A stretch of 64,000 bases of DNA from Acidobacteriota bacterium (GCA_043734125.1 JAYTFR010000083.1:13868-77867), one strand, 5' to 3'. Counted from the first letter of the stretch, positions 53,541-62,972 are shown. Translations and numbers: made by a program. Notes: generated by a model from the sequence alone, not told the origin.

Positions 53541-54668
53541 ATGCGTCGAAAAGTCCTCAGTCGTTTGGCTGCCTGTTTGAGCCTGCTCTTGTTTTCGGTG
53601 GCAGCCGTTGTTGGGCAGAGCGAAGCTGCGAAAGCTTCCGCTAGCAAACAGAAAATGAGCCAAGATGTTTTCAAGAACATCCAAACGCTGAAGGGAGTTT
53701 CTGCGGATGAACTGATTCCCGCTATGCAGTTCATCACCTACTCGCTCGGCGTGGAATGCAGTTTTTGCCACGTGGAGGGCGCGCTCGACAAAGACGACAA
53801 GAAACCGAAACTGATGGCGCGCAAGATGATGCAAATGATGGCGACCATCAACCAGAATAACTTCGATGGCAAACAGGCGATCACCTGCTTTTCATGTCAC
53901 CGCGGCTCGCTGCATCCCATAGCGATTCCCATTGTGGCTGACGCAGGAATGCATCCCATGCCGCCGATGGAGCACGACGAGGACAACGTCGCGGCAAATC
54001 TTCCCTCCCCGGATCAGATTGTTTCGAAGTATGCTGAAGCCGTCGGCGGAGCATCGGCCCTGGCGAAGTTGAACAGCCGCGAGTTGAAAGGCTTGATGAC
54101 TGTGGCTGGGCACAGTCTGCCCTTAGAAATTATCGGCAAGACGGGCAATAAGCAGCTCACGATCGTTCATCTGCCCAATGGTGACAACGTTACTGCCTAT
54201 AACGGCGACTCAGGATGGACTTCGGCGCCGAACCGCCCCGTGCACGATGTGCCGGAAACTGAAGTGGCGTCGGCGCGCGTTGAAGCCGACCTACGGCTGC
54301 CCCTCGATTTGAAGGAGTTGTTCAGCGAACTCAAGACCTCTCCGCCGGAAAAGATTGGCGATCACGAGGTTGACGTAATTACCGGAATCAACTCAGGTGA
54401 GGTTGCGGCGAAATTGTATTTCGACCACGAAACAGGATTGCTGTTGCGAATCCTGCGGTTCGCTAAATCGCCGCTGGGGCCGAATCCCACGCAGATTGAC
54501 TATGCCGACTATCGCGTACAGGATGGCGTGAACACGCCATTTCAGCAGACCATCGCTCGGCCCAACTCGCGTTTTGCCATCCAGATTGAACAGGCGAAGT
54601 ATAACGTCGCGGTGGACGACGCCAGATTCGCGCGTCCGGCTATGCCGCCACCAGCGGCAAAGCCGTAG
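53541..54668 (+). CDS. Secreted di-heme c-type cytochrome domain protein (reaction-centre cytochrome c-like N-domain) with unknown C-terminal beta-rich domain
   Basis: Signal peptide MRRKVLSRLAACLSLLLFSVAAVVGQSEA. Two CxxCH motifs (CSFCH, CFSCH) sit within FKNIQTLKGVSADELIPAMQFITYSLGVECSFCH...ITCFSCHRG. A hairpin at 53462-53494 argues against the earlier ATG at 53496. Confidence 0.75.
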   Translation: MRRKVLSRLAACLSLLLFSVAAVVGQSEAAKASASKQKMSQDVFKNIQTLKGVSADELIPAMQFITYSLGVECSFCHVEGALDKDDKKPKLMARKMMQMMATINQNNFDGKQAITCFSCHRGSLHPIAIPIVADAGMHPMPPMEHDEDNVAANLPSPDQIVSKYAEAVGGASALAKLNSRELKGLMTVAGHSLPLEIIGKTGNKQLTIVHLPNGDNVTAYNGDSGWTSAPNRPVHDVPETEVASARVEADLRLPLDLKELFSELKTSPPEKIGDHEVDVITGINSGEVAAKLYFDHETGLLLRILRFAKSPLGPNPTQIDYADYRVQDGVNTPFQQTIARPNSRFAIQIEQAKYNVAVDDARFARPAMPPPAAKP

Positions 54669-54838
54669 TAGGGCATTGACTGTCGGACGTGCGGTGTAGA
54701 GTTTGCCGGCTTGGTGAGGGGTGCTCCGCAGCCGGCGGCCGTGATCATTCGCACTTTCAAGTTTTGGAAAGTCGGTGCACGTTGGCGGGCAGTTCTTTTA
54801 GTATTCGGAAGCTGCTAACTTCTCATGAGGGATTGCGA

Positions 54839-55207
54839 ATGAAAAAGGTTTTGTGTCTTTCCATTTTTGTGCTCATCATTTTGAGCGCGGTTGCGGCTTT
54901 TGCCGCGGATGTTACCGGCGCCTGGACTGGTACTGCCGGCGGCGGCGGCGGAGACTTTCAGTTGACTTTCAACTTCAAGCAGGATGGAACGAAGCTGACG
55001 GGCAGCGTTACCGGTCCGCAAGGAGATCCACTTGAAATCACCGACGGCAAGGTCGATGGTGACAAGCTGTCGTTCACCGCTTCCTTCAATGGCATGAAAA
55101 TTACGCACGACGGCTTAGTCAAAGGGGCGGACGAAATCGACCTCAAGAGCAAGTCAGACAACGGCGGCTTCCCCGACATGGAGATGACGTTGAAGCGGTC
55201 GAAGTAG
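54839..55207 (+). CDS. Small secreted protein, unknown function
   Basis: MKKVLCLSIFVLIILSAVAAFAADVTGAWTG... About 100-aa mature beta-rich domain (FQLTFNFKQDGTKLTGSVTGPQGDPLEITDGKVDGDKLSF). Confidence 0.65.
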   Translation: MKKVLCLSIFVLIILSAVAAFAADVTGAWTGTAGGGGGDFQLTFNFKQDGTKLTGSVTGPQGDPLEITDGKVDGDKLSFTASFNGMKITHDGLVKGADEIDLKSKSDNGGFPDMEMTLKRSK

Positions 55208-55282
55208 GCGTGAGCTCTGAATCTTCGGCCGGGTGCTGAGGCCTGGCCGGAATGCAGGTGCAACGCGCGCGTACCCGAAGAC

Positions 55283-55945
55283 ATGCCCGCGAATTTCAAA
55301 AGCCTAGCTGACACGTCGGTTGATCCTCCGGTGCGCGGTTGTCTGCACCAGCCTGCATCTCCGCCGACTGATGGCTTGGTCCTGACCCATGGAGCCGGCG
55401 GTAATTCGCAATCGGGCTTGCTTCGGGCAGTGGCAGAAGCCTTTGCTGCCAAGGGTTTCAGCGTGCTGCGATGCGACCTGCCGTTTCGGCAGGCGAGAAG
55501 TTTTGGCCCGCCGCATCCCGCGGGAGCGGCTCGCGATCGCGCTGGATTGAAGAATGCAGTTGCCGCGATGAGGGAACTCGCCCCAGGGCGCGTCTTTCTC
55601 GGAGGCCAAAGTTATGGCGGACGCCAGGCCAGCATGCTGCTCGCCGAAGAACGAATCGCCGACGGCCTTTTTTTGCTGTCTTATCCTTTGCATGCGCCCG
55701 GCCGTCCGGATCAGCTGCGCACGCAACATCTGCCCCGGCTCCACGTTCCCACGCTGTTCGTGCACGGGACCAGCGATCCCTTTGGGACGATTGAAGAGAT
55801 TGAGGCGGCGCGGAAATTGATTCCTGCGAAAACACGGATGCTCATGATCGAAGGCGCGGGCCATGATCTGGGTTTCAAAGGGAAGAAGAAGCGGGACGAT
55901 CTACCTGCATTGGTGCTGGCGAGTTTTCGAGAATTGGTCGGCTGA
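55283..55945 (+). CDS. Alpha/beta-fold hydrolase (dienelactone-hydrolase-like, COG3571-type)
   Basis: VLTHGAGGN, GGQSYGGRQ (GxSxG), LFVHGTSDPFG, EGAGHDL. Confidence 0.75.
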   Translation: MPANFKSLADTSVDPPVRGCLHQPASPPTDGLVLTHGAGGNSQSGLLRAVAEAFAAKGFSVLRCDLPFRQARSFGPPHPAGAARDRAGLKNAVAAMRELAPGRVFLGGQSYGGRQASMLLAEERIADGLFLLSYPLHAPGRPDQLRTQHLPRLHVPTLFVHGTSDPFGTIEEIEAARKLIPAKTRMLMIEGAGHDLGFKGKKKRDDLPALVLASFRELVG

Positions 55946-55970
55946 GCATCTTTGTGGCCTGCGGCTCCGC

Positions 55971-55999
55971 GGAACATCCCAACCCCCACAGTTTATAAT
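55971..55999 (+). promoter_or_regulatory. Candidate frr promoter (GGAACA-17 nt-TATAAT)
   Basis: A perfect TATAAT at 55994-55999, 36 nt upstream of the frr ATG. The -35 element is weak. Confidence 0.35.
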
Positions 56000-56035
56000 T
56001 CAGCGTTCCGATAACTTATTCTCAGGAGCTGAGAC

Positions 56036-56623
56036 ATGGCCCAGCCGACGATGGCTGCTCTTCCCGGATTAAAAGAAACTTACGTGCAGCTGAAGACCCG
56101 CATGGACAAAGCTGTGGACGACTTTCGCAAGGCGCTGGTGGGTACGCGCACTGGCCGGGCCTCCGTGCACATGCTGGACGGGGTGACAGTGGACGCCTAT
56201 GGCTCGCAGATGGCCCTGAATCAGGTCGCAACCGTGCATTCTCCGGAGCCACAACTGATTACCGTGCAGCCATATGACCCTTCCCAACTTGGCCCGATCG
56301 AAAAAGCTATCCGCGGCGCGGAACTTGGGCTCAATCCCATGAACGACGGCAAAATTATTCGCGTGCCCATTCCGCCGCTCACCGAAGAACGCCGCAGGGA
56401 GATGGTTAAGCATTTGCATAAGGTGCTCGAAGACCATCGCACCGCAGTCCGGAACATCCGCCGGGACGGAAACGAGGCCATCAAGAAGGCGCTTAAGGAC
56501 AAGAACATTACCGAAGACGACTCCAAGCGTTCCTCGGATGAAATTCAGAAGCTGACCGACGTCGAAATCAAGAAGATGGAAGAGATGTGCGGGGCGAAGG
56601 AAAAAGAAGTTATGGAGATCTAG
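56036..56623 (+). CDS. frr: Ribosome recycling factor
   Basis: TRTGRASVHMLDGVTVDAYGSQMALNQVATV...LGLNPMNDGKIIRVPIPPLTEERRREMVK. AGGAG lies upstream. Confidence 0.95.
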   Translation: MAQPTMAALPGLKETYVQLKTRMDKAVDDFRKALVGTRTGRASVHMLDGVTVDAYGSQMALNQVATVHSPEPQLITVQPYDPSQLGPIEKAIRGAELGLNPMNDGKIIRVPIPPLTEERRREMVKHLHKVLEDHRTAVRNIRRDGNEAIKKALKDKNITEDDSKRSSDEIQKLTDVEIKKMEEMCGAKEKEVMEI

Positions 56624-56737
56624 CAGGAACGTCGTCGGTCGTAGGTCGTAGTGCGTACGGAAGATCACTTTCGTGCAAGCACCAGCCAGATACCTACGGC
56701 GTGAGACGGACAATCTACGACGCTTTTTCCTTCCCGT

Positions 56738-56743
56738 TATAAT
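56738..56743 (+). promoter_or_regulatory. Perfect TATAAT 8 nt upstream of the only possible start codon of the molybdoenzyme gene
   Basis: TATAAT-caaccatc-GTG. An in-frame TAA at 56740-56742 prevents any longer ORF. No SD is present. Confidence 0.35.
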
Positions 56744-56751
56744 CAACCATC

Positions 56752-58851
56752 GTGAAGAAAGTCGTCCACGCCGCCTGCCCGCACGATTGCCCTGACGCCT
56801 GCGGAGTCCTGATCACTGTTGAGGACGGGCGCGCGACTAAGATTCAGGGCGATCCTGCCCATCCGGTGACGCAGGGCTTCCTCTGCGCTAAAGTCGCGAA
56901 GTATCTGGACCGCGTTTACTCCCCGGATCGCGTGCTGTACCCCATGAAGCGGGTTGCGCCGAAGGGCCCCACACAGGCCGCTGCTGCCTTCCAGCGCATC
57001 AGTTGGGACGAGGCGCTCGACGCGATTGCGGCCAGACTGACCGGCGCGGCCGCCGAATTTGGACCTGAGTCCGTTCTTCCTTATTCCTATGGTGGAACGC
57101 TCGGCAAACTTGGCTACGCATCCATGGATCGCCGTTTCTTTCATCGGCTGGGCGCGTCGCAACTGGCACGCAACATCTGCGCTGAGGCGGGAGCAGCTGG
57201 AATCAAATCCGTCTATGGCGTAAATATGGGCACCGAGCCCGAGCAGTTCGCGAAATCGAAATACATCATTGCCTGGGCCGCGAATATCCACGGAAACAAC
57301 ATTCACCTCTGGCCATTTGTTGAAGAGGCCCGCCGTAACGGCGCCAAGTTGGTGGTGATAGATCCTTACCGAACGCGGACCGCTGCCTGCGCTGACTGGC
57401 ACATTCCAATAAATCCTGGCACCGACGTAGCTCTGGCGCTCGGCATGATGCACGTTATCTTCAACGAAAATCTTCACGACGCAGACTACCTCGCGCAGCA
57501 CACCGTGGGCTTTGAGGAACTGCGCGCCAAGGTGCAAGAGTATCCTCCCGAAAAAGTCTCGCAGTGGACCGGGCTTTCGGTCGCTGATATTCAGAAACTG
57601 GCTCGCGAGTACGCGACCGTTCGCCCGGCGGTCATCAGGCTGAACTATGGAGTTCAGCGTTCACAAAATGGTGGGATGGCGACGCGGACCATCGCCATGC
57701 TGCCTTGCGTCACGGGTTCATGGAAAGAAGTCGGCGGGGGATTGCAACTCTCCACCAGCGGTGGCTACGGGTTGAACAACGCTGCGCTCGAACGTCCTGA
57801 GCTGATGCAAAAATCGCTCGGGCGTCCGGCGCGTACCATCAACATGGTCGAGCTGGCCAAGGCGCTGAACGAGGTGAACGATCCGCCAGTGAAGGCGTTG
57901 TTTGTCTATAACTCGAATCCTGCGGCAGTTTGTCCCGACCACAACGAGGTCATTCGGGGCTTGCGGCGTACGGATTTGTTCACCGTGGTGCATGAGCAGT
58001 TCTTCACTGACACCACCGACTACGCCGACATCGTGCTGCCGGCGACGACGTTCTTCGAACATAAAGACCTGCAGTCCGCCTATGGGCACTACTATCTGCA
58101 GGTGTCGGACCAGGCCATCGCGCCGCTGGGCGAGTGCCGGTCGAATGTGGATTTTTTCCGCGCGCTGGCGCAGAAAATGGGCTTTGAGGATGAGTGCTTC
58201 TTGGATTCTGCTGACCAAATGATGGACCAGGCACTGGAGTCGCCGAATCCGTGGTTGCAGGGACTGACGAGGGAGCGACTGGAGAAGGAGGGGCACGTTC
58301 GGTTGAATTTCAACGGGAACGGAGTTTCCGAGCCAAAGCCGTTCCTCCCCTACGCCGAGGGGAACTTCCGCACTTCCGGCGGCAAAGCCCTGCTTTACAA
58401 CGAGGCGCTCAAGGCGCAGGGGCTTGACCCGGTGGCATCGTTTGTTCCTCCGGATGAGTCGCGGCACACGGCCAGCGCCAAGACCTTCCCGCTCGAACTA
58501 TTGGCACGCAAGGCGGACAATTTCCTGAATTCAACTTTCACAAACCTTCCGGTGATGCAAGCAATCGAAGAGACCGGCCTGCTGGAGATGCACCCGAGAG
58601 ATGCGGAAGCCCGCAAGGTCCGCGATGGCGACACGGTTCGCGTCTTTAATGGGCGCGGGGAGCTGCAACTCAAAGCCAGAGTGAATGGCAGCGTTTCTAC
58701 TGGAGTGGTGGCGGCGAAGCTCGACTGGGCAAAACTTACACCCGGTGGCAAGAACATTAATGTGCTGACATCGGAAAAACTCACCGACATGGGCAACTCG
58801 GCCACGTTTTATTCCGTCTTGGTTGAGGTGGAGCTTTTCCAAGCCGTATAG
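56752..58851 (+). CDS. Molybdopterin (bis-MGD) oxidoreductase family protein, cytoplasmic (no Tat signal)
   Basis: N-terminal Fe-S motif CPHDCPDAC...C (AACPHDCPDACGVLITVEDG...GFLCAKV). About 700 aa with DMSO-reductase-family architecture and a C-terminal beta-barrel segment (MHPRDAEARKVRDGDTVRVFNGRGEL). Confidence 0.85.
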   Translation: MKKVVHAACPHDCPDACGVLITVEDGRATKIQGDPAHPVTQGFLCAKVAKYLDRVYSPDRVLYPMKRVAPKGPTQAAAAFQRISWDEALDAIAARLTGAAAEFGPESVLPYSYGGTLGKLGYASMDRRFFHRLGASQLARNICAEAGAAGIKSVYGVNMGTEPEQFAKSKYIIAWAANIHGNNIHLWPFVEEARRNGAKLVVIDPYRTRTAACADWHIPINPGTDVALALGMMHVIFNENLHDADYLAQHTVGFEELRAKVQEYPPEKVSQWTGLSVADIQKLAREYATVRPAVIRLNYGVQRSQNGGMATRTIAMLPCVTGSWKEVGGGLQLSTSGGYGLNNAALERPELMQKSLGRPARTINMVELAKALNEVNDPPVKALFVYNSNPAAVCPDHNEVIRGLRRTDLFTVVHEQFFTDTTDYADIVLPATTFFEHKDLQSAYGHYYLQVSDQAIAPLGECRSNVDFFRALAQKMGFEDECFLDSADQMMDQALESPNPWLQGLTRERLEKEGHVRLNFNGNGVSEPKPFLPYAEGNFRTSGGKALLYNEALKAQGLDPVASFVPPDESRHTASAKTFPLELLARKADNFLNSTFTNLPVMQAIEETGLLEMHPRDAEARKVRDGDTVRVFNGRGELQLKARVNGSVSTGVVAAKLDWAKLTPGGKNINVLTSEKLTDMGNSATFYSVLVEVELFQAV

Positions 58852-59075
58852 TTATTGGGGTGCCCCGTCCTCCCAGTGGATAGGAAAGGCAGGGGTTTTG
58901 GACGCTCTCCACAGCTCTACCGTATAATTGCGGTTTTCCATACTTCCATCTTACCGAGGTAGTAGCGATTCTTCGCTTGCATCAGGATAAGCCTGCAAAC
59001 TCAAGGCAAAGTTGTGCCAAAGGCATGAGCCCTATGGCTTTGGCGGCCGGAACTCGCTCATTTTTCAGCGTCTTG

Positions 59076-61904
59076 ATGGCTCGACGTGCAATTTTGCCTT
59101 TGGCGTTCTGCGTCATTTTTATAGTGGCGGCTGCCGCCCAGCAGTCGGATTTGATCGTCGAAATTCAGGTGCATGGCAACCGGTCGGTCCCAGCGGACGT
59201 AGTCAAGGCTCACGTTTTCAGCAAACCTGGGGACATCTACGATTCGGCGGCCATTGAGCGCGACTTCAATTCCTTGTGGAACACCGGCTTTTTCGAGGAC
59301 ATTCGCATCGAGCGCGAGGCCACACCTAAGGGCTGGGTCATCCATATTTATGTGAAGGAACGTCCGCGTATTAAGACGATTTCCTACTCCGGCATCAACG
59401 CTATCTCCAAAAGCGACATTCTGGAACGCTTCAAGCTGGAAAAGGTAGGCCTCTCGCCGCAATCGCAGTACGATCCGACCAAAGTCAAGCACGCGGAAGT
59501 CGTGGTCCGGGCGCTCGAAGCCGAGCACGGCCACCAGTTTGCGACGGTGCGTACCGAAATTCGGCCTTTGCCTCCGTCGAGTGTTGACGTGACGTTTGTG
59601 GTGCGCGAGGGGCCGAAGGTGAAGGTCGGCAAGATTCGCTTCGAGGGGAACCGGCACGTTAGCTCCCGCGAGCTGCGCCAGTCGATGCACTTCCTCAAGC
59701 CGATCGGCATTCCGCATTCCATTTTTCTGGAAGGCCTTCTCGCTAAGACCTACGACGGCAGCAAGCTGGATGAAGACATGCAGCTAGTGCGCGAGGCCGA
59801 GCAGAACAAAGGCTACTGGAAGGCGAACATCGGCGAGCCGGTAACCAAGATCCGAGACACCGGACATACGGGCTTTTACATTCCGCTGATTCAGCAGGGC
59901 GCCGGCAAGCGCATGGACATTACAGTCTCGATTGACGAGGGCGAGCAGTACCGGCTGGGCGGCATCACTTTCAAAGGCAACAAAACGGTGAGCAACGCGA
60001 AGGCGCTGCGCGCCCAGTTTCCGATGAAGGACGGAGACGTTTTCAGCAGAAAGCTTTTCGGCAAGGGCCTGGAAAACCTAAAAAATGCGTACGCGTCTCA
60101 GGGATTCATCAATTACACGCCGGTGCCGACGCCCAGTTTCGACGAGCCGAAAAAACTAATTTTCTGGGAAATCGAAATCGACGAGGGCAAACAGTTCTAT
60201 GTCCGCCGGATTGAGTTTCAGGGCAACACCACGACGCGAGATAAAGTCATCCGCCGCGAGGTCGTCCTGGAAGAAGGCCAACTCTATAACGAGCGCTACT
60301 GGAAGCTGGGAATCCAACGCTTGAACCAACTGGGATTCTTCGATCAGATCAAGCCTGACGATCCGGAGACCACGGACCGCCGCCTGGATGAAAAGAACGG
60401 CACCGTTGATCTCACGCTCAAGCTGAAAGAAAAGGGCAAAAACCAGATCGGCCTGACCGGCGGGGTGAGCGGATTGTCAGGTTCGTTCGTTGGCATCACC
60501 TATGCGACCAACAATTTTCTCGGTTTGGGCGAGACCCTCAGCGTGCAGGCAAACCTGGGCAGCCTGCAGCGTAGCGTTTCGTTCGGATTTACCGAGCCGT
60601 ATCTGTTTGACCGTCCGCTTACCGCCGGCTTCACCGTGTATGGGACCAAGCTTACCTACGATCAGGCCCGCCAGAGCGCGCTAATCACCGGGCAGATCCT
60701 CAACGTCTCTCAAGCGCAATTGCAGAGCCTGCAGAACTACACGCAAGCCAGCAAGGGCTTCAGCGTGAATACCTCTTATCCTCTCCCGGCCCGCCGTTTC
60801 GGGTATGGCAAGCGGGTGGGCGCGACCTACACCTACGACGTTTCATCATTGGTTGCGCTGACCACGGCTTCGAAGAACCTGTTCAGTTTTCTGGCGTTCA
60901 GCGGAATCAGCGGTCCGAACTCGCTGGATGGAATCGTGACTAGCAAGATTCTGTTGAATTACACGCAGAACACGCTCGACGCCTCCCTGTATCCGCATTC
61001 GGGGAGCGAACTTTTTCTGGGCGCGGAAATTTCAGGTCTGGGTGGGACCGTGCGCTCGTTGCGCCCCATCGTTGATTTCAAGCACTACATCCCGGTCCAA
61101 AATCGGCGGAACGCGATCGGAATGCACTTCCTGGCGTCGCTGATGACTGGCTATGGCGGCCTTGTGGCCCCACCCTTCCAGCGCTTCTATTCAGGCGGAG
61201 AAAACGACCTTCGCGGATTCGACATTCGATCGATTTCCCCGGTCGCGTTCCTCCCCACCGCTTCTACGATTACGTTGCGCAATCCCGACGGATCGACCGT
61301 CCCCCGGGATCCGAGCAACCCGTTCGGTCCGGCTTACACAGTGCGCGTGCCGGTGGACCAGATTTCGTTCCCTGGCGGCGACTTGAATCTCATTTCGAAC
61401 ATCGAATACAGAATTACGATTTTGGGTCCGGTGGCGATCGCGCCTTTTGTGGATTTTGGGTTCGATCCCATCCTCAGGGGTTCGCAGCTGCGGATCAATC
61501 CTGGCCAGTTGGCGTCATTAAACGAATTGCCCTTCGGTTGCCCGGCGGTGGATCCGGTTAGCGGCCAGTGCCTCGGCGGCCAAAAGCTCAACTTCTCGCA
61601 AAAGTTGAACATCGTGGGCGGATCGAGCTGGCAGCCGCGTGCCTCTACCGGCATCGAGTTGCAGGTGTTTTTGCCAGTGGTCAATGCGCCTTTCCGCATA
61701 TATTGGGCCTACAATCCTTTCCGCCTTGACCAGACCTCGCAAGCGCCGATTCAGATTACACGCGGTATGTTTCCGGGCTGTCCGGGGCCAAATTGCACAG
61801 CCGGCGACTATACGTACCAGCTGACCAAAAACACTTTTTCGCCCCGGTACCTGCTTCGCGAGCCGCGAAAAACGTTCCGGTTTACCGTGGGCACGACGTT
61901 CTGA
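59076..61904 (+). CDS. bamA: Outer membrane protein assembly factor BamA
   Basis: Signal peptide MARRAILPLAFCVIFIVAAAAQQ. POTRA repeats include IVEIQVHGNRSVPADVVKAHV and KVGKIRFEGNRHVSSRELRQ. The C-terminal Omp85 barrel ends ...FRFTVGTTF. The start is uncertain (track start at 58977). Confidence 0.9.
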   Translation: MARRAILPLAFCVIFIVAAAAQQSDLIVEIQVHGNRSVPADVVKAHVFSKPGDIYDSAAIERDFNSLWNTGFFEDIRIEREATPKGWVIHIYVKERPRIKTISYSGINAISKSDILERFKLEKVGLSPQSQYDPTKVKHAEVVVRALEAEHGHQFATVRTEIRPLPPSSVDVTFVVREGPKVKVGKIRFEGNRHVSSRELRQSMHFLKPIGIPHSIFLEGLLAKTYDGSKLDEDMQLVREAEQNKGYWKANIGEPVTKIRDTGHTGFYIPLIQQGAGKRMDITVSIDEGEQYRLGGITFKGNKTVSNAKALRAQFPMKDGDVFSRKLFGKGLENLKNAYASQGFINYTPVPTPSFDEPKKLIFWEIEIDEGKQFYVRRIEFQGNTTTRDKVIRREVVLEEGQLYNERYWKLGIQRLNQLGFFDQIKPDDPETTDRRLDEKNGTVDLTLKLKEKGKNQIGLTGGVSGLSGSFVGITYATNNFLGLGETLSVQANLGSLQRSVSFGFTEPYLFDRPLTAGFTVYGTKLTYDQARQSALITGQILNVSQAQLQSLQNYTQASKGFSVNTSYPLPARRFGYGKRVGATYTYDVSSLVALTTASKNLFSFLAFSGISGPNSLDGIVTSKILLNYTQNTLDASLYPHSGSELFLGAEISGLGGTVRSLRPIVDFKHYIPVQNRRNAIGMHFLASLMTGYGGLVAPPFQRFYSGGENDLRGFDIRSISPVAFLPTASTITLRNPDGSTVPRDPSNPFGPAYTVRVPVDQISFPGGDLNLISNIEYRITILGPVAIAPFVDFGFDPILRGSQLRINPGQLASLNELPFGCPAVDPVSGQCLGGQKLNFSQKLNIVGGSSWQPRASTGIELQVFLPVVNAPFRIYWAYNPFRLDQTSQAPIQITRGMFPGCPGPNCTAGDYTYQLTKNTFSPRYLLREPRKTFRFTVGTTF

Positions 61905-61908
61905 GTGT

Positions 61909-61938
61909 TTGACCGCATCGGCGGGGTGTTTCTATAAT
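61909..61938 (+). promoter_or_regulatory. Candidate promoter for skp (TTGACC-18 nt-TATAAT)
   Basis: Read directly from the sequence, immediately after the bamA stop. It implies a leader of about 170 nt. Confidence 0.5.
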
Positions 61939-62118
61939 GGGAAATCCACACCAGAGCGGCCGGTCGTGGCGAGACGGGGCCGTCGGTTTAGCGAACGGAA
62001 TGAGACCGGCCAGAACCCAGTACATCCCTGAAACCAGAAGTGGCGAGGGGCTGGTATGTGTCTAAGTAAAACCAGGTTTGAAGTTAATAGCGACACCCAA
62101 GGAGTTACAGTCAATCCC

Positions 62119-62838
62119 ATGAAACTCAAGCTGATTAGTTCCATCGCAGTCGCGACCCTGCTTTCGGTCGCTGCTTTTTCCCAAGCATCTTCATCAGCCC
62201 TTCCGGCAGCGCCAGGCACCACTGAACCGGCTGCACAGGCTGCCCCGGCGCCAAACCCGAACGCTCGGGTCGCGGCCATCAATGTGGAGCAATCGATCTT
62301 CGCCACCAATGAAGGCCAACGGGACATGGGCGCGCTGCAAAAGAAGTTTGAGCCCAAGTCCGCTGACTTAAAGACCAAAGGCGAGGAACTCGACGCCCTG
62401 AAGAAGAAGCAGAGCGCAACCACGACCGCCGCTGAGAAAGAGGAGCTTACCCGCCAGGTTGACCAGAAGCAGAAAGCCCTGGAGCACGAGCAGCAGGACG
62501 CACGCGAAGATTTTCAGGGACAGACCAGCGAAGTCGGCCAGCGCATTTTCCAGAAGATGATCCCGGTGATTACGAAGTACGCCCAGGAAAATAATATTGG
62601 GATGCTGATCGATACTTCGGTACAGTGGCCGCAAGGTCCGGTGCTCTATTCCGCGCCTCTTGACATCACGCCGGCGATTGTCGCCGCCTACAACACGGTG
62701 TCTGGTGTAGCGGCGCCCCCACCCGGGACCGCAAGGCCGGCTGCGACAGGCCGCCCCGCAGCGCCTGCATCCAGGCCAGCAACCACAACTCCTGCGCCCT
62801 CAAGCAAGCCACCATCTACAACTCCGCCGCCGAAGTAA
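62119..62838 (+). CDS. skp: OmpH/Skp-family periplasmic chaperone with Pro-rich C-terminal tail
   Basis: Signal peptide MKLKLISSIAVATLLSVAAFSQA. Coiled segments include FEPKSADLKTKGEELDALKKKQ. It lies directly downstream of bamA. The tail is PPPGTARPAATGRPAAPASRPATTTPAPSSKPPSTTPPPK. Confidence 0.8.
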   Translation: MKLKLISSIAVATLLSVAAFSQASSSALPAAPGTTEPAAQAAPAPNPNARVAAINVEQSIFATNEGQRDMGALQKKFEPKSADLKTKGEELDALKKKQSATTTAAEKEELTRQVDQKQKALEHEQQDAREDFQGQTSEVGQRIFQKMIPVITKYAQENNIGMLIDTSVQWPQGPVLYSAPLDITPAIVAAYNTVSGVAAPPPGTARPAATGRPAAPASRPATTTPAPSSKPPSTTPPPK

Positions 62839-62867
62839 GCGACACCGCGACGGCAGTTTTGTTCCCA

Positions 62868-62899
62868 AGACCGCGAGCGATTGCGGTCTTTTTATTTTT
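62868..62899 (+). terminator. Rho-independent terminator after skp
   Basis: AGACCGC-gagcgatt-GCGGTCT is followed by TTTTATTTTT. Confidence 0.85.
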
Positions 62900-62972
62900 C
62901 GCGTGACGTCGCGCGAGCGGGATATTTCCGGTGTCTTTATCGGCAGCAGATTTTGCTGCAGGAGAAGACGCC

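Noticed and set aside
56009-56022. CGATAACTTATTCT in the frr 5-prime UTR, an 11/14 match to the putative LacI operator CGATAACTTTATCG.
   Set aside because: The second half-site is broken, so it is not palindromic. A shared 9-mer is expected about once by chance in 128 kb of two-strand sequence. frr is an implausible LacI target.
61990-62050. TPP-riboswitch-like strings (ATGAGA, ACCC...CCCTGAAACCAG) in the skp leader.
   Set aside because: These are only loose resemblance. The conserved CTGAGA/ACCTGATCTGGATAATGCCAGCG core is absent, and skp has no link to thiamine.
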